64,000 nt of DNA. It comes from Mobula hypostoma. Its lineage: Eukaryota. Position 1 is the stretch's first letter. The number at the start of each line of letters is the position of its first letter. The DNA lies in assembly GCF_963921235.1 (NCBI RefSeq), contig NC_086097.1, positions 139,006,001 to 139,070,000 on the forward strand, in the 5' to 3' direction. Shown in pieces: positions 39,271 through 52,263 of the stretch. The translations under genes and the position numbers were made by a program. The notes under the pieces are model-generated. The model saw nothing but the letters and a program-made list of their open reading frames with translations, had not been told where the DNA came from and did no database searches.

Positions 39271-40470
39271 AATTACATTTGAATTGAATTAATATCAACA
39301 CTTTGGTTCCACAAACAACCATTTGAATCCCTCTCTCAATCATTGGGGAGACATCAGTGCATAGAATAAAATCTTTGGCAGAGTAATAACCAAGAGGATG
39401 CTGTCGGTCTCCATTTTCTTGAGTTAAGACTACTATCATGTGGTTCTCATTGATATACAGGGTGAATTGTCCAGCTGTATCAGGGATTCTTAATGCAGGT
39501 ATAGTACACAATGTTACCTTTAAAGTTCATAATGCTTTGAATTGTTCTACATTAAGAGTCACAGAGTTGTTTGAGCACTTCTTGTCCTTCAGCTGATTGT
39601 TGAGCAGCTGAGCAACAGTTGAATAATCTGCCACTAGCTTCTCAAAACAGTAATTAGCACTTTGACATGGCCATTACTGTCATTCTCACATAGATCAGTA
39701 GGGGCCGCTGTAGAGTCCATGTCATGTTCAGCTGTTCCCAGAGTCCTGTGTTCAGATGCCGGCTGTGTAGAGTAGGTGTTTCCCAGGGCGGAGCACCAGC
39801 AGTACTGTCACTAGCAGGATCACCCACTTAAAGTCACGTCGGCACTTTTCTATTTTGTTTTAGTTCGCTTTGAAACTTCATGCAATGCATATCGATTGAA
39901 CTAGTGTTCTTTTGCTTATTTGGTTAATGCAAAGATTTACTCTTTAGACTTTTCATTGTTTCTATCACGCAGTCTTGTAGCTTATCGCATCTTCACCTTT
40001 TCTTTAGTAAAAAACTTAGCTCGCCTTGTTAACTTTCAATTGCTCACAATTTTTACTAATCTTGTTTTTAATTGTGCCATTCATCCTTTCTACTAAGCCT
40101 GCTGACTGAGGATGGTATCTACAATGGAAATGTTGGTCATTCTGTAACGCCTTATATAGTTCTTTTATTACCTTCCCAGTAAAGTGGGTACCATTGTTAC
40201 TCAACAGTTTCCAAGGGATCCAAAACCTCAATTTCATTTCCTGCAATAAATATATAGCTACTGTAACTGCATCATTCTTTCCTACAAGGAAATGCTTCAT
40301 CCCATTGTAAAAAAAAATCAGTAATGACCAATACATATTAATATCTTTCACAGGAAGGTAATTGTATAAATTCCACCTATAAATGCACTCACTAACAGTC
40401 CATCAGAGTGGCATACAAGATCCTTCCACCTTCACTAATTTCCCTAGATTTTGGCAAATACATATACATT

Positions 40471-43175
40471 GTCTTTATCTTTTTCAATATTTTTATTAAT
40501 ATATATATAAGAATACAGAGTACAGAAAATATATATGTCAATACATTAAAGTAAATCACATATAAAGACTCCTTACCCTTCGACTTCATACATTAAAACA
40601 AAATGGGAGAAGGAAGGAGGGATAATAATATCTGAGGAAGACTGGACAATAATATGGAGGTATCAATGGAAGTGTACCAGTTCACAGAAATGGAGGAAGT
40701 TCAGGTGGAAAAACTTGATAAAATATTTTATTACACCCTCTCAGAAATCCCATTATGATAGTAACCCCCTCTGTTTGCTGGAGAAATTGTGGAAATCAAA
40801 ATGCAAACCATTATCACATTTTCTAGGAATGCCCCGTTATCAAAGACTATTGGAGTGGGATACATAATGCCTTACAAGACATCTTTAAATGTGAAATACC
40901 CTTAGAGAGCAAGACCATATATTTTGGGCTTATACCTCAAGAATGGTTGAAAAGAGATAAATATTTAATGAATGTACTGCTGGTGGCTGGTAAAAAGACC
41001 CTTACTAGGAAATGGTTATCTCAGGAGAGCCCAACTTTAAATGTATGGATGGAAATTACAATGGACATTTACAAAATGGAGAAGATAACAGCATCTGTTA
41101 ATCATAAGTGGATCAATTTTATTCATACTGGAAAAAATGGTTTAACTACATAACACCTCATAGGCCTGATTTTATTCTCACAATCAATGAATATGTTGTT
41201 AAAAAAAGATCACTCCCTACTCTGTACATAGTTTTCTTCTTTCGATTATTCTTTCTTTCCTCTCCTTTCTATAAGTGTATACCTCAGATGAATATTATGT
41301 GGAGATTTGTGACAAATATGATTATATATGTACAGTGTCTGAAATACATCTTATGGAAATGTTTGTTTGATGAAATTCAATAAAAAATAAATTACAAAAA
41401 AAGGACTCCTTACCCTATATTCGTACAAGTCAATTAGTTTGTAACATCGAAAAATAATAATTTTATTATATAAAAAAAATCTAACCCACTACCAAGACCG
41501 AAGCTCATTAGTAGAAAAAAAAAGAAAAAGGATTGTTAGTCATCATCTGTGCTTTAACAGCAAATCAAAGGTTTTGAAAATAATTCAGAAAAGGTCCCCA
41601 CAATGTTTGAAAGTCTTGATTAAATTCAAAAATTGAACATCAAATCTTCTCTAAATTTAAACATAACATCACATCGTGTAACCATTGGGCGTAAATAGGA
41701 GGGGCACATCCTTCCATTTAAGCAAAAGCGTCCTTCTGGCCATAAGAGACATAAAAGCCAAAATGTACAAATCAGATGGCTCCAAAATAATATCCTTTCC
41801 TCCAACAATACCAAATAAAGCAGTCAAAGGATTAGGCTTGAAGTTTACTTTAAAAAATATCAAAAAGGTTTGAATTACTTCTTTCCAATATTTTCCAAGA
41901 CTCGGACATGTCCAAAACATATGAATAAGTGAAGCTTCTCCATTATTACATTTATCACAACACGGAGATATATCTAAATAAAAACTAGACAACTTATCCT
42001 TAGTCATATGGGCCCTATGGACCACTTTAAATTGAAGGAGAGAGTGACGGGCACATAACTATGAAGTGTTGACCAATTTAAAAATTTGATTCCAAGTTTC
42101 CTCAGAAACTGAAGTCTGTAAATCTTGTTCCCAAGGATTTTTAATTTTATCTAAAGGAACACTTCTCATTCCTAACTGCATATTATAAATATTAGATATA
42201 GATCCATTATAAAAAGGTTTCAGATTAAAAATTACATCTAGTAGATTCTTATCAGGACTTTTAGAAAATGAGACCATAAAAAATCTCTTATTTGTAGATA
42301 TCGAAAAAAATGCAATTTGGGGAAACCATATTTAGTTGACAATTGTTCAAACGAAAAAAGACTTCCCTCTACAAACAAGTCCTGAAAGCATTTAATACCT
42401 AATCTGTCCCATTCTTTAAAAGCCACATCAATCATAGAGGGTTTAAAAAAAATTAGAAAAAATGGGACTTGAAAGAGAAAATCTCAATAAGCCAAAATAT
42501 TTTCGGAATTGTATCCAAATCGTCATAGTGTGTTTAACTACCAGATTATCAGTTAACTTACTCAAAGACAAAGGAAGTGAGGATCCAAGAAGAGAAATAA
42601 TAGAGAATTTATTAACAGAATTAGCTTCTTAAAAATACCCACATCGGGCAATCCTCACGATTTATATAATATAACCAAAATGTAAGATTTCTTATATTAA
42701 CTGCCCAATAATAAAATCTAAAGTTTGGTAAGGCTAATCCTCCATTCTTTTTACATTTCTGAAGATGAATTTTATTTAATCTAGAATGCTTATTCTTTCA
42801 TATATGAGAAGATATAATAGTCAAGAGAATCAAAAAAGGATTTAGGAATGAAAACCGACAATGCCTGAAAAAGATATATAAATTTAGGTAATATATTCAT
42901 TTTGATAAGAGTTAATTCGACCAATTAACGATAACGAAAGAGGCGACCAATTTGATAGTATTCTATTTACATGATTCAATAGAGTAAGAAAATTTTCTTT
43001 AAATAGACAGTTATAATTTTTAGTGATTGTTACAACTAAATAGGTAAATTGGTTTCTTACAATTTTATAAGGAAAGTTAGAATTTATTGGTATCAAATTG
43101 TTCAAAGGGAAAGGTTTACTTTTATGTAGGTTTAATTTATAACCTGAAAACTGGCTAAAACAGGAGAGTAAAGAA
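40471..43175 (-). mobile_element. 5'-truncated L1/Tx1-clade LINE (ORF2 3' part) inserted in the ERV integrase
   Basis: Frameshifted ORF2 pieces (FSGYKLNLHKS, FTYL..TITKN, CCDKCNNGEASLIHMFWTCP zinc knuckle); A-rich tail near 40471-40498; TSD ATATACATT (40462-40470 / 43176-43184). Confidence 0.88.
40580..41403 (+). mobile_element. Second 5'-truncated L1, nested antisense in the 3' end of the previous L1
   Basis: ORF2 C-terminal CCHC region (CWRNCGNQNANHYHIF-ECP); AATAAA plus A-tail at ~41379-41402; TSD GACTCCTTACCCT (40567-40579 / 41404-41416). Confidence 0.88.
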
Positions 43176-44759
43176 ATATACATTATTCACAAACTTCATT
43201 TACAGCTTGCGATACATCAGGTGCATACCACTTTTAATTTGTTTGATCTATCTATTCCCTCTTTAGCCTCTGGAGAAAGAGGGTACTGTGCGCCCTGTGG
43301 GGCAGTGGAGCATTTGGGTTGATGGTCACTTTATGCGGCTCAACTGTGAGCAAGTTACCTGTTTCATTAGGCTGAAGTGGGACTTTGGAGAGTAAAGCAC
43401 AGAACAACCACCCTCCTACAACTTCCTGTTCGAAGGTTGCCGCTACTCCTAATGTATTAGAGAGCGTCAGAAGCAAGCCCTTACCTCCCTACTCCATTCA
43501 GTCATTTCCAGAACCTTCCGTCGTGGCAGTCCTTGCAGACCCTTGACCATTGGTCCAAGGTCCTTTGCCGCCTTACCTCTGGAAACTGCTAGAGTTAGAT
43601 GGAGTTCCCTATTCTCCTGACCTTGTATTGTCCACTGAACCTTGTGGGGGAGTTGCGCTACCACCATATACCTGAGTTACCCACATATATTTCAGAACAA
43701 TTTCTTACTAATATAGGTGTCCAACTTCTGCTGCATGGAATGGTCATTTCCAGCTAAGTGAAGGTAACAATGCCACTTTTGAGTTGTAAATCTAAACAAA
43801 GTCCAGAGAAATCACCGGAGGCTTTCAAGACACACTTTGTGAAAATGTTCCAAACTCCTTGTTAAGTGGGTAGTGAGTAACTACCACTTATACAAAATAG
43901 GCTGACCACTACTGAAATAGTATAGTCCAATGGCTCTCTGGTGTACGCACCTTAAGTCCCTCAGGAGTGCAGGTAAAAGTAGCTCACGTTTTACATAATA
44001 AATCTCTTCCAGATACGTTTAAAGGCACATCTGGAGAAAATAGAAAGGTATGATACAAATCCTGGTTCCCTATGCTAACTTCGTTTGGGTCTGATTTTGG
44101 GACATTAATAGGCTGTCCTGTTTGGGAAGGACAGGATGAAATTTGGACCAAAGACTATTTGCAATAATACTAATTGTAGCTCCCATAGCCTGCTCTTTCG
44201 GCAGTCCTGAATATAGTTCCATTTTCTGTACCGTCTTCTTCTACAGACTCACCTCTACCTCACTGTGTCTCTATAATCTTAGACCAATTAGCCTTTTTAG
44301 GAAAGGCAGCATGTAATGCATCATACATATTCTTCATTTGGCATAGTGACGGATCCTGGCCTGGCACTGTTACGGTGTTCTTGAAAGCCCTGAAATTTAA
44401 CCCCATAAGATTCAAATTTAGAACCTAAGCATACCTTCATTAAGGTTTTCAAATCAATAGTACTAGGTTTGTGACACAGAACAATAGTTTAGCCAGGACA
44501 AAATCCTGTGTGTAGCGTCACCTGTCGTGTCCTGTAGGTCTGTATCTTGCCGCAGCTTTCAGCCTCCAGCGAGGTTTAGTCGCCCTTTCCCTTCTCATCA
44601 ATAGGCGATGCCGCAGCACACTCACTTGAGCACCTGTGTCGCACAGGCCACGTCACCCTGAAAGGGCCTCTGCAATGAACAGTAGACAACCCTGGCAGCT
44701 GGAACCCACAATGTTCACAGACCTCTGACGTCCCGATGTGCAGGCACCGTCAAAGCTGC

Positions 44760-45360
44760 AAAGCAATCATCATTTTTGAACGTTCATACCAAAGAGCTCA
44801 TGGTAAAAGCACACAGGCCCGGTGTGTATGGTTTGTAGCTGCAGGCATCCTTATGTTGAGGGCCTTGCTGACCGTACTAATTGAGGTAGAGAAAGGAGGA
44901 GGGATGATGCATCACTGCCCAGCTGAGTGTAGACTATTAGCCAGTTTAGCAAGCTCCCTATAGTCCATCACTGGTACGCTAGTGAGGGCAATGTGAACTT
45001 GATCAGGCATTTGCTGCATAAAGAGTTCTTTAAAAATAAAACAAGGATGATCATTTCCCAGGAGAGACAGCATGTGATCTATTAGCTCCAAAGGCTTACC
45101 TTTGCTGATGTAGGGCATGGAGAGCAACTGTTTGGTGCGCTCAGACTCCAATACTCCAAAAGTCTACAAAATACAAGTTTTCAGTCATCGGTATTTATTG
45201 TGTTCAGGCTGGTTTTCAGGCAGACTCATCACTCTTGCAGTCGTGGAGTTGCTGAGCAACGATGTCATCGGTGGAGATTCCTTGCAGAGCAAATTGAGCC
45301 TCAGCTTGCACAAACTAAGCAATGGCATTTTACTCCCAAAACTCTGGTACTTTTAAAGCA
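44760..45360 (-). mobile_element. Gypsy LTR-retrotransposon gag fragment inside the ERV
   Basis: LKVPEFWE..FVQAEAQFALQGISTDD, KPLELIDHMLSLLGNDHPCFIFKELFMQQMP and a CFYH..FG knuckle-like motif typical of Gypsy gag; boundaries approximate. Confidence 0.75.
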
Positions 45361-45632
45361 ACAGTGCTGTACAACATATTCCATGATTCTGGTCGCCATG
45401 CCAGACGCATCAGAATCACGGAGAGAGAAACTAATCCACTCAATATACAGTAGCACAGATTGCAGTGTATAGAATGGGTGCGGGGCAGAACCCGATATTT
45501 ACTACTTGCCTGGAAAGGTCACACAGAACAAAAAGCTGACTTATTTGTTGATGATCATCCTCTGCCGGAGTTTTCCCGGGAGCAGATAGTCACCAGGATT
45601 TCTCTTGGTCTGCTCCCATACCTAAACAAGTG

Positions 45633-45650
45633 ATCTTGGTGGGATCTCCA
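45633..45650 (-). promoter_or_regulatory. Retroviral primer-binding site, tRNA-Gln
   Basis: Minus strand TGGAGATCCCACCAAGAT, 5 nt after the LTR; 16/18 match to TGGAGGTCCCACCGAGAT, the complement of the vertebrate tRNA-Gln(TTG) 3' end. Confidence 0.85.
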
Positions 45651-45655
45651 AGTTC

Positions 45656-47190
45656 TATCAAGCACCTTTTTGCTACATCTTATAACATAGGAGCCTTGTA
45701 TAGTCAAGTGATACACCCAAGTGTCAGCTACGGCGCATCAGTTCAAGGTCAGGATGCATCCTGTTCACCTGCTTAATCAGTATATTTGGCATTCTTCCAG
45801 TAATACATATGCTGGGTCTGCAGTTTGTCGGGGGTCAGGCTTCACTGGCATTATGTTGCATGAATACTATTAGCAAAGCTTTCTGGTACAGTACAGCAGT
45901 GGTCCCCAACCACCGGGCCGCGGACCGGTACCGGGCTGCAGAGCATTTGCTACCGGGCCGCGAGGAAACAATATGATTTGGTGATAGGAGTCAGCTGCAC
46001 CTTTCCTCATTCCCTGTCACCCCCACTGTTGAGCTTGAACACACGCGAGGTCATTAACAGCGCGTCATCCATGTCAGTGCGGGAAGGAGATCAACTCCTC
46101 GAGCTTGCAAATGATGGTGGGCTGAAAAGTATGTGTGACATAACATCTCTGCCGGCATTCTGGATCAAAGTCAAGGTTAAATATCCTGAGATAGCCACGA
46201 AAGCACTGAAAACGTTGCTTCCATTTCCAACATATCTCTGCAATGAATGCAACGAAAACAAAATTGCGGAATAGTTTGGACATAAGGAACCCCCTTCGAG
46301 TATCGCTGTCTCCCATCACCCCGCGATAGGACCGTCTTGTTACAGGAAAACAAGCCCAGGGCTCCCACTGATTCAGCGATATTGGTGTGTTGCAATGACG
46401 CATGTTCATACAGGGAAAATATGTGCCGTGTGTTTAATATCCAAACATTACTTAAAATGTTATGATGCTATTGACTGATAAGTGACTTATATAACCATAT
46501 AACAATTACAGCACGGAAATAGGCGATCTCGGCCCTTCTAGTCCATGCCGAAAGCTACTCTCACCTAGTCCCACCGACCTGCACTCAGCCCATAACCCTC
46601 CATTCCTTTTCTGTCCATATACCTATCCAATTTTTCTTTAAATAATATCGAACCTGCCTCTACCACTTCTACTGGAAGTTCATTCAACACTTACTTCAAG
46701 CTCCCCTGTCCTCCCCTGATGATTGACTTATCACTATATTCATGCCAGGAAAATATGCGCTGTGTGTTTAATATTAAATTCGTCAGATAAACCCTTTTAG
46801 AAACGAAATTGAGTGTATTAGCCCCTTATTACCAATATTCCGGTCGTGATTAACACCCCCCACCGCCCGCCCCCCCCGGAACAGAATCGCCAAAAACGAT
46901 TTGCAGAGAATAATATCGGCAGGTACACGCATGCGCACTGGTGCCCGTGCAAGGCTTCATGGGCATTGTAGTCTTTCTCGGGGTAAACACAACATATTTT
47001 TGACTGCTACTCTTGTCCGTTGGCAACCCTACCCACCACGCCCCCCCCCCCGCCCCGGGTCGGCCGGTCCGCAAGAATATTGTCAATATTAAACCGGTCC
47101 GCAGCGCAAAAAAGGTTGGGGACCCCTGCAGTACAGGGTCCATTTTGTTAGACAAAAATGCCACTTTGTTACTACAAATACATATCCACA
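45656..47190 (-). mobile_element. 5' LTR of ERV copy B, split by a hAT element
   Basis: Segments 47190-47137 and 45896-45656 rejoin into an LTR starting TGTGG and ending GGTGCTTGATA, followed by the PBS. Confidence 0.85.
45897..47128 (+). mobile_element. Non-autonomous hAT (Charlie/Buster-type) DNA transposon
   Basis: TIRs CAGTGGTCCCCAACC / GGTTGGGGACCCCTG; perfect 8-bp TSD CAGTACAG (45889-45896, 47129-47136); hAT C-terminal dimerisation fragment FWIKVKVKYPEIATKALKTLLPFPTYLC; contains a CR1 3'-end fragment (~46494-46690, minus). Confidence 0.92.
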
Positions 47191-47730
47191 AATCACAAAA
47201 AAATCACTCCAGTGACTATACTACAGCAGGAGCTAGGGGAGATTTGCTATGTCACTAACGAATTTTGACAGATATATGACTGAGAGCATTTTGAACGGCC
47301 TGGTATGGAGGCTCCAGTGAACAGGATCAAAAGAGGCAGCAGAGGATTGTGGATGCAGACAGCCTCATCATGGACACAGGACTCCCCACCACTGAGGAGA
47401 CCCTCGAAAGGCAGTGCTTTCAGAAGGCACTATTCATCATTAAGGACCTTCACCATCAGGACTTGCCCCCTTCTCATTACCATCATCAGGGAAGAGGTAC
47501 AGGAGCCTGAAGATGCACACTCAACATTTTAGTAACAGCTTCTTTCCCTCTGCCATCAGATTTCTAAACAGTCCATGAACACTACCTCATTATTCCTCTT
47601 TTGCACAATTTCTTTTAATTCTTTATTGTAACTTATAGCAATTTTTTGATGTCTTGCACTGTACTGTTGCCACAAAACAGCAAATTTCATGGCATATAGT
47701 ACATCAGTGATAATAAACCTGATTATGATT
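47191..47730 (+). mobile_element. Rex1/Babar-type LINE, 3' half
   Basis: Degraded RT C-terminus (GKRYRSLKMH) and 3' UTR ending AATAAACCTGATTATGATTC. Confidence 0.8.
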
Positions 47731-50516
47731 CAACTTTCACTTGCCTGGAAGAGTGCAGCTTGAACAGTCTTCAAGCTAAACACTATCCAGGGCAAAGGAG
47801 GCACAAGAGATTGTGGATGCTGTAATCTGGAACAACGCACAACCTGAAAGTAAAAAAAATTGTAAAGAAATTTCTAAATACACAAATATCCCCCACTTGC
47901 TGACTTCTCGTAGACTGTGTTGAACCATCCAGGACAAAGCAGCTTGAATAACTGGCACCTAAAAACATCCTATATTTCAAACACCACCAGAACACTGTGG
48001 CCGTAAGTATGTACCATCTACAAAATGTTCTGCAGGTACTTGCCCAGGCTACTCCATGAACACCTGCCAAACACATGGCTACCACCAAAAAGGAGGAATA
48101 GGGAAGCAGGCTTTTGAAATCACCTCCATGTCTGCATTCCCCACCAAAACATGCACCTTCCTGATTTAGAAATGTACTACTAATCCTTCTGGGTCACTGA
48201 ACTAACATCTGGAACTCCCTTCCCCAACAGAAGTAGCTCCACCAAAAAAAAAGGGCTGTTCAGCAATATATTCTCAAAAGCACTTAGGAACACAATACAG
48301 GCATATCTTGTCAATGATGCCAAATCCTAAAAGATTATTTGAAGCAAAGTTCCTTTTATTCACTGGGATTTTTATTGACATCAGTATTCAAGGTATCATA
48401 TACCAAGTGGATTACATTCTTTCATATTAGAACCAAAGAAATTGGCTTCATGGAATCTGACAGCAGAGGAGGCAGTCTTTCAATCCAGCACACCCAAATC
48501 AATTTTCTCAAAAAGCCATAAAAAACTAATTTTCAGGCTATAGGAATCACTGACAAGGCCAACAACATTTATTGTCCATCCCCAACTGCCCTTAAATGAG
48601 TGTCTTGTTTACCAATCACACAAACTAGTCTCCCCTCCTTTGACCCTGTCCACACTTCCTGCTGCCATGGGAATACATCCAACAATAATCAAGGACCCTC
48701 TCACATCACTCATTCTCTCTTCTCCTGCCTACCACTGGGGAGAAGCTAAAAGCTTGAAAGTACAAACCACCAGGTTCAAAGGCAGCTTCCACCTTTCCAC
48801 TTATAGGCTCTTGAACATACCTCTCATACACTAAAAGATCAACTCGTGACCTCCGTGCTTAGTTCCTCATGGCCCTTGCACTTTATTTGTTTACCTGTTC
48901 CCTGTAACTACAATACTGTACTCTGCATTGTTTTCCCTTTTGCAATTTCCTTGATGCAGTTATATATGGAATGATCAGTTTGGATGGTGCTCACGGTATC
49001 TCAGCACATGTGATAACACTATAGCAAAACCATTTCAGAATCAGCTACTTTGCTGTGGGTCCACAGTCGCACTTAGTCCAGGCAGAATGGGCATCTGTAA
49101 ATCAGACTTCTTTCTTGCAAAAATCTAGTAGCTATATGGTTACCATGAGTAAAGACTTTATGTTAGGAAACAATTTTCAGATTATTAACAGAAAATGGGT
49201 TTCTCGATGGAAGTCAATCTACGAATTAAACCCTTGTCCTACCACTGCCTCTGCAATTAGTGTCTCCCTTGTTGGATCTTGATAATTTTCGATCCCAAGG
49301 TTCTTTTAGGAGTTCAAGAATGGGTGAAAAAACTTTGATTCTTCATGATTACTTATTTAAAGTTTAAACAAAGAAACAAATACTAAACAGACTGAGGAAC
49401 AATAATACAAAGCAAATGAAAGATACAGAAGAAAAAGAGATGGTGTCTTAGAAAAATTGATCACCTTTATTGTCCAGATAACAAAATCCAATCAACAGTT
49501 GCACTATCATAGCATGTGAGTAACACTTAGCCAAACTAACTGAAAAGACAACAAACCGTTATACTGTGCTTCCGCCAGTACGTTTAGATGAAACACTGAA
49601 AAATACGAGTTTGTTAAAGATACAAATTGTTAAAAATACAAGTTATACCAGTCCCAGTAAAAAAGGAAACTACAATTAAAACTGCGATTTTAGACTTGCA
49701 TTAAATCAACAACTATCTTATAAAATGTATTTTAAAAAAAAACAACTGATTCCAACAATCTCCTGTTCACATCCCACTGGAATATGTTTCTACATTATTA
49801 AAGTGTCTTCACTTAAAAGAACTTCACGTCAGCAGAATGTAAGTTTGAAAGACACCATAGTATTAATCCTTCATTAAGTATTTACCCTATTCCCTGTTGA
49901 AAATTACTATTGTATCGGCTCCCACGATTCTTTCAGATTATAACCAATTGATATACAAAAAGATTTTTATCTTGCCATGAGGTGTTTCTACCATTTAACA
50001 GAGCTCTGTCCTTTCAGTCTATTTCCCCTTATTTACTCTATCAAAACACCATGATTTTGAACACTTCTCTTTAATCTCCTCTCAACCATCCTTAGTCCTC
50101 TTTAAATTCATAAAAAAAAGACTTGAATCTTATTCTATGTTGTATCTTTTTTCTTATACAAATAATTCTGGTTTGAAGAATGAGTGGCAGTGGACTCCTC
50201 TGAATAATTCATCAGATATTTGTGCCAGTGCTATATTCCTGAGGCCCAAGTGACAGATGTGCTTCACTTCAGCTTCTGGATTAGAAGACTGCGGGTCCAA
50301 ACCATGGTCTGAAATTTTCAGGACAAAGACCACAACAGATACTCTGGTGCATCATTAAACTCTGCACTGGTCTTTGCTGTCTGTTGAACTGCTCTTTCAG
50401 ACACACATAAAATGGCTCTGTAGCAACATTTCAAAGAGAAGAAAAATTATTCCATGTGTCCTGGCCAATATTTATCTCTTTAGTAACCACATGAAAGATG
50501 ATATGGTCACCTGGAG

Positions 50517-51333
50517 GTGGGGCAAGTCAAGATGGCGTTAAACGGTGACTCTTTCACTTGCATCTTTGGCAACAGCTCTATTTCTCACTTTGATATCTCT
50601 TTTTGTCCTTTTCAAGGTTCTTTTGAAGACCCTGACCTGGAGTTACACTCTGACTTCAGTTCTTTGTGGGAATGGGATCTGCTCACAGGGCCTCACGACC
50701 AACCGCTTTTTGATATCGCAAGGACGCAGCCTAGAAGATGAGTGTGCCTTCAGAGTTCTGGAATTTTGTGGCTCTGGGAACGATCCTAGGCTGGTGCCCC
50801 AGACTGAAGCGTCGCAAGAGAACACAGAACATCGGGAGTAGTGGGTGTCTGTCCGGAGAGCTGCGGCTTTTTGGTGCTGAATCTCTGGGTGCAGAGCTTG
50901 AAAAAAGCGATGCAACAGACTTTTAACATCATAAATCAGCGAGTTGTTTGTTACATCTCCCCTTTCGCTGTGAAACGGGGACACCTCTTTTTCCCTTATT
51001 AGGGAGAGAGAGTCTGTGTGTTGAATTATCTGGTGAACAAGTAGTTATTGGAGTACAGCAAGTCTGTGTCTTTATTGATGCTTTGCTGCACGTTTGAGTG
51101 CTCGGTGGAAGGTGCTGATGATTTTTGCTGGAGGGGACCGGAGGGTCGGTCATCGCCTTGCTGCTGCTTGTGTGTGGGAGGGGGAAGCTGAGAGGGGGCT
51201 TTGAGGTTCTAAAGTTTTAACTGTCGTTCATTCTTTGGGGGCACTCCTCTGTTTTCATGGATGTTTGCGAAGAAAAATAATCTCAGGATGTAAATTGTAT
51301 ACATTTCTCTGACATTAAATGTACCTATTGAAG
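50517..51333 (+). mobile_element. Non-autonomous LINE-dependent element (AAGATGGCG head, Rex1-like tail)
   Basis: Starts GGGCAAGTCAAGATGGCG; no long ORF; ends ATTAAATGTACCTATTGAA; interrupts a DeuSINE-like copy. Confidence 0.6.
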
Positions 51334-52263
51334 CAGTACATTGCTGTTTTTGGCATATTTCTGTGCTTAGATTAATTGCACTGTTTCTGATACTACAACA
51401 GTAATTGCATCAGCAGTCATACATTGGTCCCACAGTACTTCAGGCACGTTCAGAGCCTGTGAAAGACAATAGAGGATTGCCAGTTCTTTCTTTTTCCCCT
51501 TTCTTTGGCAAGTGACCAAGGGAGGAACACAGATGGACTTGTGAAGGTGAGGAAGTGTACAAGCTAGTTTTCAATAGGGTTCCACTTCTAACAGCTGTTT
51601 ATAAATCAGAAATTAATAAAATACAGTGTGGGAGAGGATCACAGAAACAGCCGAGATGGGAAGAGAGCCTCACTGAGTCAGTGAAGGAACGAGTGCATCT
51701 GCTCAGCAATCCCGGCTGTTCTTGGCCCAACCAAACCCCTAAATTTTGCAGCTTAGGATGGGGGATGGGGGGGTTGCTGGGAGGGGACTGCATACATAAA
51801 AGGTATGCATAAATACTCCATTCCCACCGGTACAAGATGCCTGCAGACCCGCCAAATACATCCCCATTTAAACCTGCTGTTCTCCAAAATGAACAGGGTG
51901 TCCATGAGTCAGTGCCTGCAGAAGTAATGCAAATAAACAGCTCAAAACAAAATCACCATTATCTGGGCTCACCTTCAAGGTGTCAGCAAGTAGCTGAGCA
52001 ATAATATGCGGGAAGACAAAAGATAGACTTGGATTTCCACTGATCTTTCCTGCCCGTCAGGATGTCACAAAGCACTTTACAGTCAAAGAAAAATTACTGA
52101 AGTTAATGTCATTATGCAAACACAAGACAATTTGTGCACAGCAAGCACTCACAAAGAGTGATCACAATGACTGAACAATCTGCTTTGGTGATGTTAATTG
52201 AGGATTAAACATTGACCAGCTCCTGTGCAGCTCTTCTTTAGATCCGTACTGTGGAACCTTACG

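Larger units (their letters stand above)
36299..47190 (-). mobile_element. Class I ERV provirus, copy B, complete boundaries, degraded and interrupted by nested TEs
   Basis: 4-bp TSD AATC (36295-36298 / 47191-47194) splits a Rex1-type LINE whose halves rejoin. 5' LTR 47190-45656; PBS; gag MHR-like AAFPKKANWSKIIETQ-GRGESVEE (~44240-44330); protease ~43800-44115; integrase 43240-43176 plus 40470-40020; env (NGIYWVCG ~37445, LQNRMAL ~37100-37120, WWATIL TM region); PPT 36694-36706; 3' LTR. Confidence 0.9.
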
